This document shows, piece by piece, positions 1 through 11,400 of a stretch of DNA of 64,000 nt (positions are counted from its first letter, which is position 1; every line of letters begins with the position of its first letter). Under the pieces are notes generated by a model. It searched no databases, was not told the DNA's origin, and saw only the letters and a list, made by a program, of their open reading frames with translations. This DNA comes from Sphaerodactylus townsendi (Eukaryota), in contig NC_059428.1 in NCBI RefSeq assembly GCF_021028975.2, positions 138,880,001 through 138,944,000 on the forward strand. The letters run 5' to 3'. Position numbers and translations under genes: made by a program.

Positions 1-152
1 CACCTACTCAGACTGGCAGCCGCTCTCCAGGGTCCCAGGCAGAGAAAGCCCCCCCCCCCCCATCGCCTTCTGCCAGATTCCTTAACGGGAGATGCTGGGG
101 ATTTAACCTGGGACCTCCCTATGCCAAGCAGACACTCTGCCACGGAGCCGCA
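1..152 (-). mobile_element. tRNA-derived squamate SINE fragment (Squam2-like)
   Basis: Reverse strand has a tRNA-like head with a B-box-like GGTTAAATCC. Confidence 0.45.
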
Positions 153-684
153 GCCCCACCCTCTCCTGGGCATGGTGGATGAAGCAGACCGGGGGGGGGG
201 GGACCTCCCAGGAAGCACCTCCAGCCACAGGTCATCAATAGCAGAGGCTGCATCCCAGCAACCTTGGTGGGTACCAGAGGTGTATGGGGGGTGGATTGGT
301 GCCTGGGAACAACACCTGCTCCAGGCGCCCCCTCCCCCCGGGCTTGGGCAGCTCAGACGGGCACTGCAGTGGCAGCAGGGCGGCAGCAGCACTGAGTCCC
401 GCCCCCAAGGGCCTGGGAGAGAAGGAGGGGGCTTGGGTGGGCACCGCAGCAGCAGGCCGGCTCTGTCTTTAGGCGCCTGTCCCCACTGGTGGTACGCCAC
501 TGGTCGGAACCCAAACTCTTTTCCTTCCCGAGTGTGCCCCGAGAGGTGCCCTGGCTTCCCCCGCAAAGCACTGATGAATTTCACAAGGCGGCACTCTCTA
601 CGCTGAGCCAGACGCAGGTGAAAATGTGCCGGGCGAGTGTGCCCTTCAGGCCCTTCTTTCAGTCAGGACTTGCCAACTGCTCAC

Positions 685-2024
685 CCGCACAGGTTGTGCT
701 GAACACAATCCAGCGACCGCTGGTCTTGATGGCATTCCTGGAAGCAGCAGAAGAGCCACCGCGGATGCCTTCGATCCAGGCCTGCAACCCACAAACAAAA
801 GAGAATGGGAGTGGGAGGAGGGGACATACGGGGGGGGGGGGCACAACACTGCCCAGAGAAATCCAGGAGCAGTTTTGTGCTGAGGACAAGACAGGAAGCG
901 GCATCTTCCTCCCCCCTTCTCCTCGAAACCCTGGAGTACAAGGGAGCCCTCTGTGCGTCCACAAACAGCTCTGTGTCTGCCCTCTCCTCTTCCCCCCCTT
1001 CAAACCCCAGACTGTGGAGGAGGAAGTAACCGAGGAGCCATTGGACAAAGAGGGCCCCAAAAGGGCCGGCTGGAAGATCCCTCTTGGCACAGCCAAATCC
1101 TTGGCATGATGGACTCCGAGGGCAGCATCAAAGTTCTGGCCGCACACTTAGACGCATTAAAATAACCCGGTCTTTTGGGAAGAATTTGGGTCAATGCAGC
1201 TTCTCCCATCTGCAGGGATGGAACCAGCTGTATCTGCCAGAGGGTTTCTTTCTTCTGCATGGCAGTGCCAGGGAGCTGCAAAGCTTGAGGGGCAGGAAAG
1301 GTGTGGGCACAGGGTTGAGCGGCAAGACCAGAATGTGGCCCCAGGAAAGAGATGCCAGGCCAGGTACGTTCTCGGCACGCCCCGCTCCGCTCCGCCCATC
1401 GTATTTTTTGCCCACGGCTGTGCAGTGCCAAGGCAAGAGAGGCACGTTTTAAAGCAACTGAGCCCTTTCCAGCCAGGGAGGCAACCGAGAGAAACGCTCC
1501 CCCCGGGAGAAGGCTGCTCCCACCAGCCTGAGCATTGGAAATGGCAGCAGCAGCGTCCAGACCCAGTTTTTAGCAGGTGGGGAGGAAGGTGCCCCGGGGC
1601 CCCGCAAGCAGCTACACGAGACCCCTCCAGGCGGTCGCGGGGCTTGAAGGTGAGACCCCCCCACCAGGCAACACGTGGGGCGGGGCTGCCTGCCGGGAGG
1701 GGCTCGGCACGCCGAGACAGAGTTCCCCTCCACGGGCAAAAACAACCAGAAGCACCCCAGCGCACCGGCGGCGGCTCGCCCTGCCTGCCTGCCGGGCCCC
1801 GGGCCCTTTCAAGAGGACAGCAACTGCCCGGTCCGCCCCACGCCCTCCCCCCACGCCCGGGCAGAGCGGCCGGCTGGGGCGGGGCGCATGGGAGGGCGGG
1901 AGGCGGCCGGCCAAGGAGACGCGGGCGGAGGAGGAGGAGGAGGAAGGTGCGGCCGGCCACTCACCTCCCTGCGGGCCGGCCTGGCCTCCGCGCGCCGGAA
2001 CTTGGACACTTGGAAGCGGCTCAT
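685..2024 (-). CDS. CORO7: Coronin-7, coding exons 1-2 (gene continues left of the window)
   Basis: Exon 1 is 2024-1965 (MSRFQVSKFRRAEARPARRE, then GTGAGT). Exon 2 is 781-685 (ttgcag|AWIEGIRGGSSAASRNAIKTSGRWIVFSTTCA-G|GTGAGC). Both resemble the CORO7 N-terminus (MNRFRVSKFRHTEARPPRRE-SWISDIRAG). Head-to-head position with DNAJA3 matches the human locus. Confidence 0.92.
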
Positions 2025-2300
2025 GATGGTCCCGTTCAGCTCAGCTTAGCCCCGCCGCCTCCGCCCTCCTAGCGCCCGCCGCGCCCGGAACAGAAGCCCC
2101 GCCCGGGGGGGGGGCGGCCCGCCGGGGGCGTGGGAGCGGAGGAGCGGGGCGGCCGCCGGAGGACAGGCGCCTCCCTTCTCCTTCTCCTCCTCGGGCGCGG
2201 AGGGCGGAAAGGCGGTGCCGAGGGAGGCCAAACGCGCCGGGGATCACAAGAGCCCTGCTGGGAGAGACCGGGGGGGGGGGGGTCGCAGGTAGACTGCCTC
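1590..2300. promoter_or_regulatory. CpG island / CORO7 promoter
   Basis: Very high GC and CpG density with several GC boxes around the CORO7 start codon. Confidence 0.75.
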
Positions 2301-4455
2301 GGGGCGTGGAGGCTCCCTTCCACCAGCCCCTAGTGGCGCTCCCTTCCAGGAACTCTCCTGTACGTGTCCCATCCCCCCCACGGCCACTCTCCAGGCCGGC
2401 TGTGCTGCTGTGCCACTCTGCGTCCCCCAGCAGGGAGGGTCGCCCTGGAATTCATCATGCAGCGTTTGCTTTCGTCTGCCTGCTGTCCGCTGAGGTCCTG
2501 ATCCTCAGCACGGCCCACCCCCGAGACCAAGGGACGGCGCAGTCTGGAAGCCAGCTTGCAAACCACTTTGGGGGGTCCACCGAGCCCTGAGCTGGCACGG
2601 CTCCCTTGCGGGGCGGGGAGGCAGAAGTGGGTGTTGATGGTAGCCAAATGTCAGGGTGGGTGGGAACAAATCCTCCCTCACTCACAAGATGTCGAGGTGG
2701 CTGTGGCACCCTTGAGACACCCCTCACATGTGTGGCCAGCCACAGTGCTCCCAACACCCACGGCTCAGAGGAGAGGGTGTGCCACCAGTCACACTCTGCC
2801 TGTCCAGCCATGCGGGCCACAGCTCACCTACTGGGAATTCTAGAGAGCCAGTGTAGCAGTAGGATGGGGAGAGCCAGGTGTGATTCCCTACTCTGCCAGG
2901 AAAGCTCCCTTGGTGACTTCAGGTCAGTGTAACAAACTGTGCACTTTGAGGCCCCCTGCATTCCCAGTCATTTCCCCCACTGGGTGACGTTTCCTGCCCC
3001 TCCCATGGCCCTTGTAGGTGGGGGGAGGGGGGGATGCAGGCCTTCTCCTGCCCTGGAAACAGCCGCCCATCCTGAGAGGGCCATACCTGCCTCTCCCATT
3101 CCTGCCCCCCAGGCCTGGTAAACTGGCACACTGATGCCATGTGTGTGTGTGGGCAAAGTGCCATCCCATTTCTTTTGACTAAAGTGTTAAAGCTCATTGC
3201 ATTTGGGATTGTGGGTTGGTTTGTCTTCCCTGGATGGCCTTTACTCCAACAGAGTACTTGGAGGTCCTGCTTGACCTTTTTCATATTAAATTCTAACCTG
3301 TTGATTTAAAAAAATGCAAGCCTTGCTGGATCCTTCTGTCTGCCTCAGTCCGTGGCTGGGATACGCTGCTTTAGTTTGGGGCAGAAAGAGGTTCTGCCAG
3401 GAGTGGGGCAGGTCTGTTGCCGAGGCCTATTACTCTGACCCCACGGCTTCAAGGGTTGTGATAGCGGAGTCAGAAGTGATTTTATTCCATTTCTGACCTT
3501 GCTTTTAAATAAAGATGGAACTATGTTTTATTTCTGTATAAGGTAGGAACAAACTGTATTAGGTAGAAAGTAGGAATTATAGCTATCTTTTGTATTTGTG
3601 TCTGCATGGAACCTCCTTGGATCAAGGCAGGAATCACCCCTGCTCCACTTGGGCATGTCCCTTTCACTTGTAAAAACCTTGAATGGATGTTGACAAAAGG
3701 GACCCCGGAAAAAGCGCCTCCAGCTGCCTTAGGTTTTGTTTCCTGAACCCAAGCACCCAAAGGACTCTTTTGTGTTTTTCCCGCCTGTACCTACATCATC
3801 GCCTCACCCTACTCCGGCCGCGAAATTCAAGAAGGGACTGCCCACCGGACTCTAATTGGTTCCTATGTATTTGTAGATGTATGATTGGTTACTATGTATT
3901 TTGTGAATGAATGGTTGTAGGCTGTCCTGTATTCCCCTGGACTCCCGGGCGGGAGAAAGTGTATATAAGTTGTTGTAAAGCTGCTAGGCAGCGCAGTTGC
4001 CGTAGTGTGGAGGTGCTGACATGTAGGTCAGCATCTCAATTAAACCTTTTATTATTTCACTATACTCACTGTGTTGGGTCCCGTTTCTGTTCCCCTGTGC
4101 TGCCGAGAACTGGTTGGTCTGGAGCTATTAAAAGTTACCAAGCAGCGTGGTAGCAGTTGGTCACACACACTCTTAGCCGAACCTACCTCTTAGGACTGTT
4201 GTGAGGGTAAAATGGTGGAGAGGAGAATGAGGTCAGCTCCTTGGGGAGAAAGGCCAGGTATCAGTGAAGGAAATAGCCAGTCCTAGGCCAACTGCGCCTT
4301 CAATGTGAAGGGGGGGCTCACTGAGGCTGAGCTCAAGAGTGGGGGGCAGCCCTTCACCAGCCTCATGGAGGAGGGGGGCTTTTCACATCCATCTGTGGGA
4401 GCTGGGATCAAGCTCCTGACATTCTTCCTTCCCTCCTCAATCCCATGCATTTCGC

Positions 4456-4642
4456 CAGTGTTTCTCAACCTGTGGGTCGCAACCCCTTTGGGGGGTCGAA
4501 TGACCCTTTCATAGGGGTTGCCTAAGACTCTCTGCATCAGTGTTCTCCATCTTCAAAATGGATACATGTTAGGGTTGGGGGTCACCACAACATGAGGAAC
4601 TGTATTAAAGGGTCGCAGCATTAGGAAGGTTGAGAACCACTG
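4456..4642 (-). mobile_element. SPIN-type (URR1-like) non-autonomous hAT MITE
   Basis: Reverse strand reads CAGTGGTTCTCAACCTTCCTAATGCTGCGACCCTTTAATACAGTTCCTCATGTTGTGGTGACCCCCAACC...CCCACAGGTTGAGAAACACTG, matching SPIN/URR1 ends as I recall them. 8-bp TSD CATTTCGC/CATTACGC. Confidence 0.85.
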
Positions 4643-5062
4643 CATTACGCTGAGGTGCCCTAGCCAGTGCTGGAGGATCCTCTCGGTGTGGAGCAGTGCG
4701 GGATTTGCACTTCAGGGGTCACCATCCTGAAGGAAAGAAACTGGGAATGGGGGCACACATGCCCTTCCCAAGAGCAGAGCTGAGTGACTGGCATCATGCC
4801 AGCCACCCGTCAGCCCTGAATCCTCAGTCACCTGGCCTGCTCTGGCAGGTGTCCTCAGTGAGATAGGGTGGGCACAAATCCCGAATCCTCATCAGAGTGC
4901 TTTCCCAGCGGGTCTCCCTCTGCATGTGCCGCCATATAGGGAAGGGGGGTATTCTGAGATGCTGTCTTGATTCCTGTTAGTTCTCGAACCTTGAAGCAAT
5001 CAATGGACTCTGTATTGTTGATCAGCAGCGTTTATTGATAGGCATCAAAGCACCCTGCTTGT

Positions 5063-6029
5063 CAGGGACATAGGTGTAGATTTTTATGGGGGGTCGGGGC
5101 AATGCTTCCCCAAGCCCCGCCCCCGGCCTCAGTGCTTATAAAAGCAGCTCTCCGAGGCTGGGGATGGCAGACTCCCCTGCCCTGCCCTGCCCTCTCCACC
5201 CTCTCCCCCCCGGCTGGGCTGGCAGCCGGCAGCCCTTTCTGCTCTCCCCTCTGGATAGAGGCGTAGCTAGGGAAAATGGATCCTGGTGCAAAATCTGAGT
5301 TTTGCGCCCCCTTCCCCCATGGGTGGCCACTGTGATGCTGGAATCCACCCCCAAACAGCATCACTTTCAATGGTGTTTAGACTTAGCCCAGATTCTTCTT
5401 TTAAATCCACCTTAAAGAGAGAATCGGGGGTCCCCAGTTAAAACAACATTGAAAGATACTATTTTGGGGTGGATTCTCCCCCACCCTGAAACAGCATCAC
5501 TTTCAATGTTTAAACTGGGGACCTCAGATTCTCCCTTTAAATCCATGCCGAAGGGCGTGGGTTTAAAAGGAGAATCTGGGGAAATTTGGGGGGTGCCTGC
5601 TGCCAGGGGTACAATCATTAAGCTAGCAGCACCAAAATTTCAGAGTATCTTTAGGAGGCCCTCCTGATGATACCACCCAGGTTTGGTGAACTTTGGTTCA
5701 TGGAGTCCAAAGTTATGGACCCTCAAAGATGTAGCCCCCATCTCCTATTAGCTCCCATTGGAAACAATGGGGGATGGGGGCACCTCCTTTGGGAGTTCAT
5801 AATTTTGGACCCCCTGAACCAAACCTCACCAAACATGGGTAGAATAATCAGGAGAGTCTCCCAAAACATCTCTGAAATTTTGGTGCTGCTAGCCTACAAA
5901 CTGCGCCCCCTGCTGGCCAAATACTAAAAATACACTAAAAATACAAAAAACCCACAAACGGGGGCAGAGCTTCAGACATGTAATGAAGGTGGGGTTGAAC
6001 CCAAGAAACCCCCCTTACCTTTGTCCTTG
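5063..6029 (+). mobile_element. Non-autonomous hAT element (~1 kb), copy 1
   Basis: Imperfect TIRs CAGGGACATAGGT...ACCTTTGTCCTTG and a perfect 8-bp TSD CTGCTTGT (5055-5062, 6030-6037). An inverted homologous copy lies at 32546-33665. Confidence 0.85.
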
Positions 6030-6034
6030 CTGCT

Positions 6035-6413
6035 TGTCAAAGCCACTTCTGGCAAACCTGGCTTTTGCTATCCCCTTTATCCTGATGTTAGTCCCCTCCC
6101 CCTTCCCATTTTCCCAAAGAATGTGAAAAAAAGTTAGCTTGGAGCTCAGGTGCCCCAAGGTCAGCGGCGGATAGAGATAGGGCCACCTGGCCTCCTGCCC
6201 CCACAGGACAGCGGAAACAATCCTGTTTCCCATGAGACCAAATGTGTCAGGGCTGAGCCTAATCTACCCAGCGTGTGAAGCCATAAAGTAAAGATCCAGG
6301 AAAGAATGCCCCAGAGTGGCAGGGGTAACATATAGCAGGCTGGTTACATATATCTTGTAGCAATTACATTGGGTTAGGAATGCATCTCACTCATCTAGAT
6401 ACAATTCCCCTGC
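6035..6413 (-). mobile_element. Solo LTR family A, copy 1
   Basis: Homologous to 45799-46171 and ~59762-60121. Reverse strand ends in TGACA and contains TATA-like and ATAAAG motifs. Confidence 0.6.
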
Positions 6414-6949
6414 AATTCCTCTGTGTTGACATCGAGGCCTGAGCAGGGGCATCCATTAACTGGGTGTGAATGTCAGAGCAGTCCAGCTGGGTCAGACCAG
6501 TGGTTAGTCCAGTAGCCATCCAACTGCCGAACAGGGCATGGAGGACAAAGCCTTCCTCCCACAGTGCTCCTCCTGGCACCAGTATAGACAGGTTTATTGC
6601 CTCTGAATATCCCTCAATTAACCGTCTGCACTTTTGTATATGCTCCAAAGTCCTCTGCAGATTTGCAGGTGACCCCCAACAGACAACTAAGTGTCAAGTG
6701 CGTTTCCAAAAGGTAGGTTTGCAAAGCAGAGGAAGTAAAACTGAAAGTTCTTATGCCCAGAGACGCAGGTTCCTGGCAGGCTGTTTGTGCCTGGAAACAA
6801 GCGAGATGTTCCTCTAACGGCTGAACAGGCCCTTGAGCATCAGACATGAACCTCGGTTGGTTTTCCGAGCAGCAGTTTTGCAACATTTTATTTAGAAAGG
6901 CTATCAGGGCTGAGAGCAGAATTCGCCCACTTGGCCTGCAGTTTGGAAT

Positions 6950-7300
6950 CATTTATTTATTCATTTATTTTGTTTATTAGATTTTTATACCGCCCTATCC
7001 CCGAGGGGCTCCGGGCGGTGTACAACAATAAACGTAAAATGGCTAAATCTTTAAAAGCAGTGATAAAACAGTAAAAGCTAGATCTTATAAATACAATACA
7101 ATACAATTAAAAATATAAATGGCGTCCAGCAGCTCCATATTCAAAATCCTCTCCCCAAGAGGGAGGAATGGCAGGTCCCAGATGTAGAGGGCCATGAGGT
7201 AGAGGGCCATGAAAGGGGGGGAAGGGGCACCATCAGCGGCCGGTTCCTCCAAAGGCCCGGTGGAACAGTTCCGTCTTACAGGCCCTGCGGAACTCACCAT
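6950..7300 (-). mobile_element. L2-like LINE 3' end
   Basis: (TAAA)n tail preceded by the GGGCGGTATAAAAAT terminal motif on the reverse strand. Confidence 0.55.
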
Positions 7301-7395
7301 GAAGGACAAATTGTGGTTCTGCCCCGAGGCTCGCCCTGTTTAGCCGGAGTCACAATAAACTCATTGAGGCCTTGAGGGGGCCACAGCATGATGAC

Positions 7396-7570
7396 TGCCG
7401 AAGGCTTTCACGGCTGGAATCACTGGGGGGTTGTGGGTTTTCTGGGCTGTATGGCCATGTTCCTGTAGCATTTTCCCCTGATGTTTCGCCTGCATCTGTG
7501 GCTGGCAAAACATCAGGAGAAAATGCTACTGGAACACGGCCATACAGCCCGGAAAACCCACAACACCCCC
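7396..7570. mobile_element. Penelope-like element fragment with inverted arms
   Basis: TTGTGGGTTTTCTGGGCTGTATGGCCATGTTCC...CTGATGTTTCGCCTGCATCTGTGGCTGGCA followed by its inverted copy. Same family as 17502, 25694 and 63718. Confidence 0.75.
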
Positions 7571-7959
7571 ACATGATGACTCCTTTTGGTGGGGCAGACC
7601 TGAGACCACCACCACCCCAGGGAATTTGGGACCGCAGAAAAGGCAGGAGCATGAAACCCAGACGAAAGTTTCCAGACCTCATGGCTGCAGAGAAAATGGG
7701 GACATGTCTGAAACACACACATTTTTGGGGTGGCGGGAAGGGTGTTTTTGGACATTCTTTTGAAAACAAAGCAAACTCAGCCCTGGACAGGACGGTGGGA
7801 ATGCTGCGTGGAGCTTTCCTCGGTATGCTCTGAAGTTGCCTTGTTCAGAGTCACACCATTGGTCCCTACAGCCTCATCCAGGAAGAAGAGAAATCTCCTG
7901 CAGCCTCTGCCCTCCATATCGTTTCATCTTGGCTGTTATTAACCGGGTTTTCTCCCTGT

Positions 7960-8420
7960 AAAAGACCAGCCCGCCATCTGCGCTCCTTTCCGAAGGCAGA
8001 AAACACAATTGCATAAGACGCGGGCTTTAGGACCCAAGAGCTCGCAAGAGGGAGCGGCAGGAAACCATCCCTCAGACCAGCGCATGCGCTTTATGGCCTT
8101 CGCTGCCGGCTGCGCTTGCGCACTCGGTGTCGCCGAGGCCGGTGGAGGAGGACGCGCAAGCGCCGTGCGGCCGGGTCCCCCAAGATGGCTGCCGTGTGCT
8201 TCTCACGCTGGCTGAGGGTGGCGGCGGTCGCGTTGGGGGCACGGCGGTGGCCGCTGGCCCTGCGCCTGACTCGGGGGCTCAGCGCGGGGCTGGGGACGCT
8301 CCCGACCTGCTCGGTGGCGGCGCCGCGGCTCGGGAGCCACTCCGGTGAGTCGTTTGCGGAGCGAGGCCCGGCCAGGCGAAAGCGCCTCTAGGGACGTGCA
8401 GAGTGCGGCCGCAGGAAGAA
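7960..8420 (+). promoter_or_regulatory. DNAJA3 CpG-island promoter with NRF1 and YY1 motifs
   Basis: GCGCATGCGC (8080-8089) and TGCGCTTGCGCA (8111-8122) are NRF1-type. CAAGATGGCTGCC overlapping the ATG and CCGCCATCTG (7971-7980) are YY1-type. Confidence 0.7.
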
Positions 8421-11400
8421 GCCCTGGCTCAGAAGGGGCTTCATGTCTGAGCAAGGCTGCCCAGGAGGGTCCCCCTCTCCTTTGGATAGAGACCTGGACC
8501 CACAAAGAAAATGGTTGCTTCGTGGAGGGGGGTGGGGTGGTGGCTTGGTGGCTTCATGCCCGTTAGAGTCCCTCCCCAAACCCCATCCTCCCTAAACCCC
8601 CAACATCTGCAGGGATTTCCCACCCCAACACCTGCGGTGGCCATGAGAAGAGGCCCCGTGGGGTGGGGTGGGTCTGCTGCTTCTGGCAATCTTGTTTTTG
8701 CATCTTTGCTCTTTGCATGATTGTGTCTGAATTAAAATGTCAGGGTGCAAGTCAGGCTTCTAAATAAGCAGCAAAAGGTTTTTGAAACTAGCAGTTATAT
8801 CAGCTTACCTGCTGCAGTTTATGTGAAGGAATCGTGCATTGATTCCCATTGACAGTCGGCCAGGTGACCCATTCATAGAAGAAGAGTTTGGATTTATATC
8901 CCCCTTTATCTCTGGCAAGGAGACTCAAAGGGGCTGACAATCTCCTTTCCCTCCCCCCCACCACAACAAACGCCCTGTGAGGTAGGTGGGGCTGAGAGAA
9001 CTCCAAAGAGCTGTGACTAGCCCAAGGTCACTCAGCAGGAATGGGTTGGAGTGCACAAGATAATCTAGTTCACCTGATAAGCCTCCACAGCTCAAGTGGC
9101 AGAGTGGGGAATCAAACCCGGTTCCCCAGATGAGAGTGCACCTGCTCTTTACCACTACGCCACGCTGAAAGTTTGGTTGTTTTGTGCACCTGGGCCATGA
9201 GGTCGCATAAGCAAGTTATCGTGCTCATACAGGACCATTGTTTTAAATACAGCATCAGTTGCTTGGCTTCCCTGTGAATATGGTGAGGCCAGTTGAGGGG
9301 GCAGGCTGATCATGCGGAGACTTGCCAGTCCCCTAGACATGGATTTTGAAGGTCCTGACTCGGGGTGCTCTTGGAGCACACATCTTGTTAGCCTGCCATT
9401 TAATTTTGTTTTGCTTTCTTCAGGGTTTGGACCTCCTCCTTTCATGCACACTGCCCTGTTTCACACCAGTGCCAGGACCTGTGCCAAGGAGGATTTATAC
9501 CAGGTTTTGGGAGTACCTCGAACAGCCAGCCAGAAGGAGATCAAAAAGGCCTATTACCAGGTATGTTTACTGAAGAGGCTTTGACCAGACTTCAGTTCTT
9601 AAAATAGGAAAGTGCGTGTGTGTGTGGGGGCGGGTCATAGGAGGACAGTGTGACTGACTTCCAGCAGGCCACATGGCAACTTGTCCTGACTGGGTGACAG
9701 GGGACTTCCCCCCAAAGGGAGGGCCTCCCTGTAAAGGGAAGGTGTCCAGAGCCAGCAGCGAGTGAATGGTCCCCTCTAGGTATGTCCAGCATTGACCAGC
9801 ATACAGGGACTGCCCTGAAGAGGCGAGGGGCAATTGGTGAGAGTTAGGCTGGCCCCCACGCGCAGCTGACATTTGCTGGAGGGGGTTACTCTGTTGCAGC
9901 GCAAGTACAGTTTCAGAGTCCAGCCATTGGGACTGGGCATGGGAACAGCACACCTGATCAGATGACTGTTCCTGTGCAGGTCCTGGGCTGCCATTTCTGA
10001 GGGTGGGCAGCTGCAGTCGTAAAGCTACAAGGGGGAGGGGGGTGCACTGTGCACCAGGCACACGCCGGGGGTGGTGGTGCAGAAAATCACCCCAGGCCCC
10101 TTTCCCTGCCCCGACCCTTCCCAGTTTGCCCATCCTCTACCTGAGCCCCAAAGGTCCCTTAGTTGCTTCCCAGCGCAGAGCTGCCCTCCTGGGGGTGAGA
10201 CTCGGTCTGCAGGGGAATGGTGAGGGTGGGGGGAATTCCCCCAGTAGGGACACACACACCCCTCATCTCCTGCTGCTGGCTTAGCCCTCGCAGGACTTGA
10301 TCTTGTTCCTCCTGCTCACCACCCTGCTCCCACAGAGTTGCCAAGCCCTGGTTAGTGCATATTGGACTTCTTTATGGAGGGAGGGGGGAGTCATAAGAAA
10401 TCATGTACAGTCGGACAAGTGTCATGTTTTATCTTTTTTCTAATCTGAATTGCATATCTGTACAAGAAGTGTAAAGTACAGTAACGCCCCCAACCCAAAG
10501 TTGCAGCTGTGCTAGCTTTTCTTTGCTTTCTTTACTTAGCTTGCCAAGAAGTATCACCCAGATACCAACAAAGATGATCCTAAAGCAAAGGAGAAGTTTT
10601 CCCAGCTGGCTGAAGCCTACGAGGTAAGATAGCCGTCTTTGGCATGTTGCGGGTGGGAGGGGCCCCGTGCCGCTGGGCTGGTTCTGGAGGAGTCCTCGGC
10701 TGGGCTTCTTCACAGTAAAGAGATCTGGGTAAGCGAGCCTGACCACGCGGCCTTCCTCACAGGTCTTGAGTGACGAGGTGAAGCGGAAGCAGTACGACAC
10801 CTACGGCACCGCCGGCTTTGACCCCGGCTCAGCAGGGTCTGGGCAGCAGTACTGGGGGAGAGGGCCCACTGTGGACCCCGAAGAGCTCTTCCGGAAGATC
10901 TTTGGGGAGTTTTCTGGGTCTCCCTTTGGGGACTTCCGCAGTGTCTTTGACCAGCCCCAGGAGGTGAGTGCAGACGGTTGTGGAATCCCTATTCTCCGTG
11001 GAATCTGTTTCAAGGGCAGAATGCATTGCAGCCTCCCTGTGGGGCTCCTCGTGATGCAGAGGCTGGGCCAGGAGAGAGGCCTTTATTTATTAATTAATAA
11101 TTAATTAATTAAATGTCTACCCTATCATTTCCCAACCAGGGTCCGCTCAGGGTGATTACAAAGGAGGTTTGGTAACAAGGGTGGTTGAAGTTTTTCTTCG
11201 ACCACTAATGACTTCCTTGGAAAGCTCCACTCCAGCTATTTTTTAAATGTAATTAATGTTTACCAACTGGCCTGTGAAACTACAAGCAGGCCACATGGGG
11301 GGGGGGGGGGGGGGGGGCCTTGAAGAGCGGGGGCATGTTTGCAGAGTAGAACAGATAGGCGCGATGGGTGAAGCACCATTCCAGTCCAGGAAGTGTAGCC

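Noticed and set aside
230-430. Candidate CORO7 exon 3 (acceptor near 412, minus)
   Set aside because: The in-phase translation does not resemble coronin-7. Exon 3 is probably left of the window.
1157-2072. Long ORFs of 267-292 aa over the CORO7 CpG island
   Set aside because: They are Arg/Gly/Pro-rich products of GC-rich DNA with few stop codons. The real coding part is the 60-nt CORO7 exon 1.
3688-4145. Possible solo LTR (TG start, TATATAA, ATTAAA)
   Set aside because: I could not define a CA end with a TSD, and there is no second copy in the window.
8877-9164. tRNA-like A/B boxes as tRNA genes (here and at 22283, 26610, 58506)
   Set aside because: They are heads of multi-copy SINEs with bodies and tails, and no complete cloverleaf is evident.
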